Origin: a virus
Taxonomy: Duplodnaviria; Heunggongvirae; Uroviricota; Caudoviricetes
DNA length: 64,000 nucleotides
Virus record (IMG/VR): IMGVR_UViG_3300008111_001118
Reading direction: 5' to 3' (one strand)
Below the pieces are notes generated by a model. That model ran no database searches and was not told where the DNA came from. It saw only the letters and a list, made by a program, of their open reading frames with translations. Shown one piece after another: positions 57,581 to 64,000 of this stretch (position 1 is its first letter; every line of letters starts with the position of its first letter). Made by a program: the position numbers and the translations under genes.

Positions 57581-58110
57581 CGAATAATTGTGTCTTTTGT
57601 GTACTTTGACCAGTCGGTAAAAGTATCACGATTGGTTAAATCGCTTACAGAATGAACCCAAACGCCTGGGTTAGTAGAACGAAAATCACGATCGTCCAAC
57701 TTAATGCAGGCGTTATAACCAAGTTGACGAATGTACGGAAGTTTAACACTGATCATACTAATAAAGCGATCGTATTCGCTCCATCCTGCTTCAAGAACAC
57801 CTTCGTGATATTTTAAGTCATAGTCTAGTGTAACCCAATAATCTTCTTTTAGCATAAATGCAATAGGATCATGCCATGCCATATATTGATCATATTCAGG
57901 TTGAGTTTGGTCAATGCTAAAACTCATGTTAGCACCAAAGTAGATATGATCAACTTTGTTTTTCTTGGCTAGTTTTAGAATTTCTTCTGCTGGTTGTAAA
58001 CCAACAACAAACAGTGTTTTCATTCCGTGAGCCGAAGTATGTTCGACCTCAGTACCAACAAAGAAGTTTGGCTGTTCGCTTTTTACACCAGTGCTATAAT
58101 TTCGTTTCAT
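57577..58110 (-). CDS. Hypothetical protein in the deazaguanine cluster
   Basis: 177 aa; GTEVEHT, HIYFGAN, PGVWVH. Confidence 0.55.
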   Translation of the reverse strand: MKRNYSTGVKSEQPNFFVGTEVEHTSAHGMKTLFVVGLQPAEEILKLAKKNKVDHIYFGANMSFSIDQTQPEYDQYMAWHDPIAFMLKEDYWVTLDYDLKYHEGVLEAGWSEYDRFISMISVKLPYIRQLGYNACIKLDDRDFRSTNPGVWVHSVSDLTNRDTFTDWSKYTKDTIIR

Positions 58111-58280
58111 GATTTCCTGACCTGATAAATTTCATTCCACACTTGCCAACGTTTTTTGACATAATCGTTGACTTCGTTGTGTGGATAGTTGTTTTGCTTC
58201 ATACTTGCTATTATACGATCTAAATCGCATAATGCAAGATCTAATGCTTCTAATCTTAACTTTTTTTCAAGCGGATCCAT
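58107..58280 (-). CDS. 57-aa hypothetical protein missing from the ORF track
   Basis: MDPLEKKLRLEALDLALCDLDRIIASMKQNNYPHNEVNDYVKKRWQVWNEIYQVRKS fills the gap and overlaps both neighbours. Confidence 0.55.
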   Translation of the reverse strand: MDPLEKKLRLEALDLALCDLDRIIASMKQNNYPHNEVNDYVKKRWQVWNEIYQVRKS

Positions 58281-58482
58281 TTAGAGTTGCTTTCGCACTT
58301 AGTTTACTTTCGATTCTATGTATTTCGTCTTTGAGCCATAACTTCTGTGTTTTTAACTTATAAACTTCAGGGCTGACGTTTTGATTATTAAAAGTTTCCG
58401 AAATGTAAGTGTCTAGTTCTCTGTGTTTTCTTTTTAGTTCTTCAAGATGTGCATTTAGTTTTTCGTCATCGTTGTTGCTCAT
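58267..58482 (-). CDS. DUF465/YdcH-like small coiled-coil protein
   Basis: L..KHRELD..LK.QKL.LKDEI. Confidence 0.65.
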   Translation of the reverse strand: MSNNDDEKLNAHLEELKRKHRELDTYISETFNNQNVSPEVYKLKTQKLWLKDEIHRIESKLSAKATLNGSA

Positions 58483-59940
58483 TTATACTTCCTCAAAAAG
58501 ATTATTAAACATTGTACTAGCATTTACAGTTTTCTTACCAACATTAAGTCTAGTACCAATTACTTGCATCCAATATCTGCTGTACTTTTCGATTGCTTCA
58601 AGACTTTTGGTGCGATCTTTTAAACTAAAAATTTCGTCAACCACATCTCTAAAAGTTATACGATCAAATCTGTCATCTATAAGCATATATGGATATATTC
58701 CGCTATCATACATTCTATTTGCTCGTTGTGTACTTTCAATATGCATCCAAACATTGTGACCCATTTGCAGTGCATACGAAAAACTATCCCAACTAGTTCT
58801 ACCTTCTTTACCTATTTTATTTAGGTCGCCGGGCTTGTAAATACAAATATCTTTCATTTGACAATGCATGGATATTGGTGAATCCTCAAATGCATCCACA
58901 ATGCCATCCTGCACAATACCTTGACTAAACAGTCTTGTATCAGTGGAATACTTTTTATCATCAGCACTAGGACTCATCATGTAACTCCACTTGCCACGGT
59001 CTTCAATTCTTATACTATGATAAACCTGTCCATTAGCAGTTGCAAGGAAAGGACTTGCACAGTCATATGTAATCATAAAGTTTGGATTATGATACTTACG
59101 AACAGCACGTTGAATGTCAGTTAACAGCACTGCCCATTCGAGTTTGCTTGTGCCAAGGAAGTGCATAACATCGTGCATACCTGTTTCTAGCAAGCCATCG
59201 TGTATCATTGCAACAATACGACGAAGTATCAAGTGTACATCGCACATGTTCTGTCCACCCATAGCCCAACCATTAAAGTGAGTCTCTGGATATTGTTTTG
59301 GATCACAGTAGCCTTTGAATTCTTCGTACCACTCATCTGCTTCTTGATGATTGCCACCTTGAAGAACGTTTAGTACTTTGAAGTTACCGCGGCGATTTGC
59401 CATGTAATATTTTGCATTGATATGAGTTGCATCAACTGCATCTTGATATGTTTTAATACCTGATGCAGCACTGGCCTTTGGATCACGGAAAGTCCACGTT
59501 GGAATATCCAGCATCATGCCGTAGTCCATGTATTCTTCCATCCAGTTTACAACTAGTTCACGCTTCTTTTGTGCCTTAGGACAGTTTGGATCTGTCCAGT
59601 CACCTTCCCACAATCCTTTTGCAATTTGAAAACCACCCGAGTCGCCCAGCAACCAACTGTTGTTCCTATCACGGTTACGTAGCATATCTTCTTTTTCACT
59701 GAACTTATTAACGTCAAGTTCGGCATGACCTGCACTATAGAGCGCCCATTTGTAATGGAACGCTCCTTTGTTTGAGTTTAAGAAATTTAACGCTTCTACT
59801 TCACCAATACCTGCAGGAACACGATTAAGATCTACATATTCGCTGTATCGTTGTTTACCTATGAATGTAGCATAAAAGCCACTGATACTAGGCAAAAACA
59901 CTGCATAATCATTTTGTGCCTCGGTTAAATTGCTATTCAT
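58483..59940 (-). CDS. dpdA: TGT-fold guanine transglycosylase (DpdA-like)
   Basis: LGDSGGFQ, MLDIP, VLQG, GWAMGG, HFLG, YDCAS. Confidence 0.75.
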   Translation of the reverse strand: MNSNLTEAQNDYAVFLPSISGFYATFIGKQRYSEYVDLNRVPAGIGEVEALNFLNSNKGAFHYKWALYSAGHAELDVNKFSEKEDMLRNRDRNNSWLLGDSGGFQIAKGLWEGDWTDPNCPKAQKKRELVVNWMEEYMDYGMMLDIPTWTFRDPKASAASGIKTYQDAVDATHINAKYYMANRRGNFKVLNVLQGGNHQEADEWYEEFKGYCDPKQYPETHFNGWAMGGQNMCDVHLILRRIVAMIHDGLLETGMHDVMHFLGTSKLEWAVLLTDIQRAVRKYHNPNFMITYDCASPFLATANGQVYHSIRIEDRGKWSYMMSPSADDKKYSTDTRLFSQGIVQDGIVDAFEDSPISMHCQMKDICIYKPGDLNKIGKEGRTSWDSFSYALQMGHNVWMHIESTQRANRMYDSGIYPYMLIDDRFDRITFRDVVDEIFSLKDRTKSLEAIEKYSRYWMQVIGTRLNVGKKTVNASTMFNNLFEEV

Positions 59941-60326
59941 TTAAACTTTAAGTCTTTCAATAAGTCGGTTAGTTCTGTAGTGCTATACGCAGTGTTGGGC
60001 CAAGAAGTAGTGCCGCTGGTAGTACTGATGTTAGGCGAATAGACCCGGGTTGAATTTGTACCAACGTAATCTTTGTAGTGGTCTCTGTAATTGTCTTTAT
60101 ATGCACGATTGTTTTGTAGTTCTCTCATCATACTTTCAAGATTTTGTACTTTTTTAAGCAATGATTCGAACGGGCCTTCTAGTCTTTCATCTTCGTTGAG
60201 TTCTTGTGCGTGAACAATTGCAGCAACCATCATAAAGTTACGCAATGCTTTTTTTACACTTGGATTATCTGACGCAAGTGCTGCGTCAAACATTTGTGCA
60301 AATTCTTCAATATTAAACTGTTCCAT
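59937..60326 (-). CDS. Hypothetical protein
   Basis: 129-aa ORF in operon. Confidence 0.55.
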   Translation of the reverse strand: MEQFNIEEFAQMFDAALASDNPSVKKALRNFMMVAAIVHAQELNEDERLEGPFESLLKKVQNLESMMRELQNNRAYKDNYRDHYKDYVGTNSTRVYSPNISTTSGTTSWPNTAYSTTELTDLLKDLKFK

Positions 60327-60498
60327 GTTTTATTCCCCATTTAATTTTTAACCAAATTCTTTCAAACGCATAATGAACCGAAGTCAAAATAATATGTATT
60401 GCAATAGCATCTGCAATACCAGTCCACAATGCAGTAATTAATAACGCAATTAGTCTGTATAATATTGTTCTAACTAAGGTTCGTGTATGAGTTTCCAT
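60313..60498 (-). CDS. DUF2061-like small membrane protein
   Basis: ETHTRTLVRTILYRL..HYAFERIW..IKWG. Confidence 0.6.
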   Translation of the reverse strand: METHTRTLVRTILYRLIALLITALWTGIADAIAIHIILTSVHYAFERIWLKIKWGIKHGTV

Positions 60499-61226
60499 TA
60501 TTTTTGTTGTGCTGGAAGAATATACTCGTACTTGGCTAGTCCGCTGTCTACTGTAATTTTCATTGCACCTTGATCAGTGATACTTAGTTTTTTGTCGCCG
60601 TCGAGATGCAGAATTGCCAGAGTCTTGTCAATTGGCCAAGCCCACGTGTGTTTCAGTGTTCCTGTTACACTGTGCTGGAAAGTAAAACTACCAGCGTGTG
60701 TATTTAGATCACCAAAGTAGAAGTTCAAATTTCCGTTTTCAGTTTTAACTTGGAATACAGTTTCTTCGCTGTGAGCACCAGCCATCAGTTTCATACGGGC
60801 AATTGCAGCCATAGATGGTTCAATTTCGATGTCCCAAGATGATCCTTTAAATTTTACTGATTTGAGTTTTTCTTCGATAATTGCTCGGTTCATAAAGCGA
60901 TAATCATTCTGGAAGTCACCGCCAGCATTTTTAAAGTGAATCTGTGTAGGAATAGTCTCTCCATTGCGCTCTTCTTGTTTAATAACAATTGTAGCCTTTT
61001 CTTTGTATTCCGGATTCTTCAAGTGGTAAGCAAGTTTGCCAAGATCTGGCATACCAAATACGCCAGTAAACTCGGCAACTGGCTTGTGTGTTGTGCCTGT
61101 TAAAATAACAGATCTATCTTCTGCCATGGACTCAATTGTAGTAGCAGATTCTGCTGTCACTTTAAGTGTAGCAATAAAGCCTAGTGAATGTGTATGCGAT
61201 ACGATGTCTTGTAAAATGTCTTTCAT
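60498..61226 (-). CDS. DNA polymerase sliding clamp (gp45-like)
   Basis: About 240 aa; beta-rich two-domain pattern ending YEYILPA; near polB. Family assignment is from recall. Confidence 0.55.
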   Translation of the reverse strand: MKDILQDIVSHTHSLGFIATLKVTAESATTIESMAEDRSVILTGTTHKPVAEFTGVFGMPDLGKLAYHLKNPEYKEKATIVIKQEERNGETIPTQIHFKNAGGDFQNDYRFMNRAIIEEKLKSVKFKGSSWDIEIEPSMAAIARMKLMAGAHSEETVFQVKTENGNLNFYFGDLNTHAGSFTFQHSVTGTLKHTWAWPIDKTLAILHLDGDKKLSITDQGAMKITVDSGLAKYEYILPAQQK

Positions 61227-61249
61227 ATTTTTCTCCAATGATTGTTTTT

Positions 61250-61278
61250 ATTGTATAGTATAAGCCTTTGTAAGTCAA
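61250..61278 (-). promoter_or_regulatory. Sigma70-type promoter for the clamp gene
   Basis: TTGACT, 17 nt, TACAAT; GGAG SD. Confidence 0.65.
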
Positions 61279-62033
61279 CTCTTTTTTCTAATAGAATTGT
61301 TAGATTCAACTGCTGCTTCTAGTGTATTTAGATTTATGTTTGCATTTGCTGCTGTTTTTAGAAGTGCTTGAGTGTCTTTAGGTAAACACATTCCGCCCCA
61401 ACCTCTTGTCTCTTTTTCTATAAATGTATGGCTTTCACCTATACGACTGTCAACACCGACTCCCCAACGCACACAGTCATAGTTTAATCCTAGTGTTTCG
61501 CAAAAATTGTACATTTCGTTAAAGAAACTACACTTGGTAGCAAGAAATGCATTTCTAAAATACTTGATTGCAATAGCATCTTGTGGTGTACAAAGAGAAA
61601 TTTTTATTTCTGGATAGGTATAGGAATAAAAATCTCTCCAATAATCGGTGTTTCCGCCTGCTAAAAAGATGTGTTTTAGATTTCTCAAATCCTCATCTGC
61701 TGCACTAGCCCGTAAAAATTCAGGACTAAATGTAACAGAATGTTCTGGAAAATCTCTCTCGATGTCTTTCCACCCATCTAAGGATATTGTACTTTTAACT
61801 AGTATAGGAATGTGTTTAGGAAGTGTACCGATAACATGATGTACAATACTCATATCGCAACTTCCGTCATCAGTTGAAGGAGTAGGAACACAAACAATTG
61901 CAGCATGTAGATTTTTAATATCTTCGACACGAGTATTGTTAAAATTAGGATCTACTATAGTAATTTCGTGATATAAATTAAATGCATTGTAATAGGCTTT
62001 ACCTACAAAGCCGTAACCAAGTAATGCTATCAT
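61275..62033 (-). CDS. UDP-glucose/GDP-mannose dehydrogenase family protein (short)
   Basis: GYGFVG, CVPTP, KSTI, SPEFLR, KYFRNAFLA, GGMCLPKD. Confidence 0.85.
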   Translation of the reverse strand: MIALLGYGFVGKAYYNAFNLYHEITIVDPNFNNTRVEDIKNLHAAIVCVPTPSTDDGSCDMSIVHHVIGTLPKHIPILVKSTISLDGWKDIERDFPEHSVTFSPEFLRASAADEDLRNLKHIFLAGGNTDYWRDFYSYTYPEIKISLCTPQDAIAIKYFRNAFLATKCSFFNEMYNFCETLGLNYDCVRWGVGVDSRIGESHTFIEKETRGWGGMCLPKDTQALLKTAANANINLNTLEAAVESNNSIRKKS

Positions 62034-62752
62034 GCTGCTATCCTTGCTTCTTGATAAAATTGTAATGTTTCAAAAGTAAATCTCCAGTCAGTTACTTCGA
62101 TACCAACGCCTCTATTGCGTTTTTTAATCTCTTGTGCTAGTGGATAATCGTTTCCGTCTTCGGACATCTTATCTCCAAAAAAGTAAAGTCTATCCCCGCT
62201 TTTAAAATGTTCTAGTATTTGACTTTTATCTTTGCCTTTTTCGTAAATGTCAATGCCAGTTTCGCCACCAATACGTGCTTCAAGGTCTTTGAAGGTTGAA
62301 TTAAATCCATCAACTAGTTTTTTTCTTTCCTGATCTAATTCGTCAAATTCAACATATAGACGACGTTCTTTTAACGTAGCATTTCTTCCTACAACACTAA
62401 AGTTGACTGCACCACCACGTTCTTCGATATGGTTACCTGTGCGTAAAACAAACTTACTTTGTTTTAATTTGCCTTCTAACCAGTGACGTGCGAGATCTGG
62501 TAATTGCCAAGTTGATTGTTTTACAACATTGCCTTTGACTCTTACTTCATTGCCACTGCAATTAAAAATAATACTAACAGCGTTTACAATACGTTCGTTG
62601 AGTTGCTCAACGGTTTTGCTATAATCGCTACCAGTTACTAGATATACAGAATTTTGTTGACAAAACAACAAAAAGAAATCAGCAAACTCAGGATTTATCT
62701 TTCCTCTACTAGGAGTAAGGGTTCCGTCTACATCAAAGATAAATTTATTCAT
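62030..62752 (-). CDS. HAD-IIB phosphomannomutase-like enzyme
   Basis: FDVDGTLT, LVTGSD, ER.G..NFS..GRNA, GG..GIDI, FFGD..GND. Confidence 0.8.
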   Translation of the reverse strand: MNKFIFDVDGTLTPSRGKINPEFADFFLLFCQQNSVYLVTGSDYSKTVEQLNERIVNAVSIIFNCSGNEVRVKGNVVKQSTWQLPDLARHWLEGKLKQSKFVLRTGNHIEERGGAVNFSVVGRNATLKERRLYVEFDELDQERKKLVDGFNSTFKDLEARIGGETGIDIYEKGKDKSQILEHFKSGDRLYFFGDKMSEDGNDYPLAQEIKKRNRGVGIEVTDWRFTFETLQFYQEARIAA

Positions 62753-63180
62753 ATGCTTTTAGATTCCTTTTCTGCGTCAACTACTCTTCGACGTAAATCG
62801 CTACTGCTAAATCTGTGATCACGTTTGTTAAAATGTAACTCAATGCCACGTTTACGACATACGTCTTTGCCAGAAAAATCCTTTTCGCGATATTCTTCAC
62901 CTAGAAATCGTATGTCAATTTCAAACAGTTCTAGTATATCCACTACATCTTGTTCTGTTTGATATGGAACAATTTCGTCTATAAACTTAACAGCATTTAG
63001 TTGAGCATAGCGTTCTACCAATGTTTGAACTGGTTTGTTTTTTTCTGTAGGGCGGTCTATTGTGGGATCTGTTTGCAAGCCTACAATTAAATAATCGCAG
63101 TTTGCTTTGGCTTCTCGTAACATACCAATGTGTCCGGCATGTAACAGATCAAAGGTGCTAAAAGTTATTCCTACTTTCAT
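62749..63180 (-). CDS. Cytidylyltransferase (TagD-like)
   Basis: TFDLLHAGH (HxGH), ERYAQL, R.H.FSSS. Confidence 0.85.
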   Translation of the reverse strand: MKVGITFSTFDLLHAGHIGMLREAKANCDYLIVGLQTDPTIDRPTEKNKPVQTLVERYAQLNAVKFIDEIVPYQTEQDVVDILELFEIDIRFLGEEYREKDFSGKDVCRKRGIELHFNKRDHRFSSSDLRRRVVDAEKESKSI

Positions 63181-63183
63181 GTA

Positions 63184-64000
63184 TTAACTCCAATCAAAAA
63201 GTGAATTAAACGTAGTATTTTGTTTAGTGCTTTCTAAATCATAATCTAGAACGCCGATAAGATTGTCAAGTTTGTTATCAATGATAACTTCTTCCATACT
63301 GTTATCATCAAATGGCAATTCTTTAAACCACTGCGGAAGTCTTAATTCGTCTACTGGATATGCTACACTAGTATACCCAAGTGGATTTTGTCTTACCTTA
63401 CAAACAATAACTTTCATGCCGTCCACAATCTCTTGACTGTATCTGTCGCCGTTCATGCGCTTTAGTGTATTCCAGTTAATGCTTGCACGAACGTGACCTG
63501 GCATATTTGCTTTTCCAAGTTTTGCTTCTTCTCGCTGATATGCTTGAATATTATTGGCACGTTTTGGCGAGCCTTTTTCATATCCAGGACGTTCTTTAAA
63601 TGCACGTCTAAAGTTTGTAATAGCCTCGAGTATGTCACTTTCCGGTTTCTTTAACAACACCATAGTAAGCAATTCGCTGAGAAACTCTTGCATAAACACA
63701 GGAGTATCACTGCGCTTTAGATCAAGACCCATTGCTTTAATCTTACCAGGTTTGCCGTCGACGTCTTTGCGTTTGTTTTCTTCATCATATACAAGAACTG
63801 CATAACGTTTCTTGGTAATAAACAATCCAGTTTCGCCTACAATTTCACGTCCTGCTTTGATTACTTCTGCACGGTTCTTTGGGCAATGAAACGCACTGCC
63901 CATAAATTCGCCGAAGGTTTTATTTGCTTCTTCGGAAACTTGATCATACAATGTAATAACATTTTCTTTACTCCATGGTATGTGTCCGTCGTTGATGTCT
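63184..64000 (-). CDS. polB: Family B DNA polymerase, C-terminal part (runs off window)
   Basis: Frame is open to the edge; KKRYAV, IKAMGLDLKRSDTP, PGHVRAS. Confidence 0.9.
   Translation of the reverse strand, partial: DINDGHIPWSKENVITLYDQVSEEANKTFGEFMGSAFHCPKNRAEVIKAGREIVGETGLFITKKRYAVLVYDEENKRKDVDGKPGKIKAMGLDLKRSDTPVFMQEFLSELLTMVLLKKPESDILEAITNFRRAFKERPGYEKGSPKRANNIQAYQREEAKLGKANMPGHVRASINWNTLKRMNGDRYSQEIVDGMKVIVCKVRQNPLGYTSVAYPVDELRLPQWFKELPFDDNSMEEVIIDNKLDNLIGVLDYDLESTKQNTTFNSLFDWS

Noticed and set aside
358-63805. Numerous 60-135 aa ORFs nested in or antisense to larger genes
   Set aside because: They overlap motif-bearing genes and lack SDs or motifs; treated as spurious.
1-64000. Eukaryotic giant-virus or bacterial chromosomal origin (HAD-type PMM, many glycan genes)
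   Set aside because: SD sequences, sigma70 promoters, T4-like late boxes, coupled operons and the polB/clamp/RNase H set fit a tailed phage. No cellular core genes are present.
63184-64000. Intein or intron in DNA polymerase
   Set aside because: The visible C-terminal part is continuous, with no splice or homing-endonuclease motifs. The rest of the gene is outside the window.
1-64000. tRNA, rRNA or other structured ncRNA genes
   Set aside because: Intergenic gaps are mostly under 100 bp and no cloverleaf or T-loop signature was recognised. A covariance-model scan was not possible.

Overview
The window is a gene-dense, AT-rich segment of a large (jumbo-type) tailed dsDNA phage. Supporting evidence: a T4-like family B DNA polymerase C-terminus, a sliding clamp, an RNase H-like 5'-3' exonuclease, fibre genes, sigma70 promoters and T4-like late TAAATA boxes. 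No tRNA, rRNA, CRISPR array or integrase was recognised. There are four blocks. (1) 1-32.2 kb is an enzyme island with 17 radical-SAM genes (two cobalamin-binding). It also carries 2OG-Fe(II)/TauD oxygenases, an amidinotransferase, two PLP enzymes, three methyltransferases, a four-module glycosyltransferase and an embedded repeat fibre gene. (2) 32.2-39.4 kb is a minus-strand polyamine cluster: ornithine decarboxylase-like, GNAT-like, adenylating enzyme, oxygenase, PP-loop protein, homospermidine synthase and nitroreductase. (3) 39.5-49.9 kb holds an S8 peptidase, a fibre gene, conserved hypotheticals, a MoxR-type AAA+/vWA pair, a sulfotransferase and an exonuclease. (4) 49.9-64 kb is a SAM/7-deazaguanine/sugar-nucleotide module next to the replication genes: metK, queE, folE, PRTase, galE, GT-B, QueD-like DpdL, TGT-fold DpdA, clamp, UDP-sugar dehydrogenase, PMM, cytidylyltransferase and polB. 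Four genes carry clean internal deletions with a frameshift (PLP enzyme, adenylating enzyme, S8 peptidase, folE), and metK and queE appear to have in-frame deletions. All product calls come from motif recognition by eye, with no database search.
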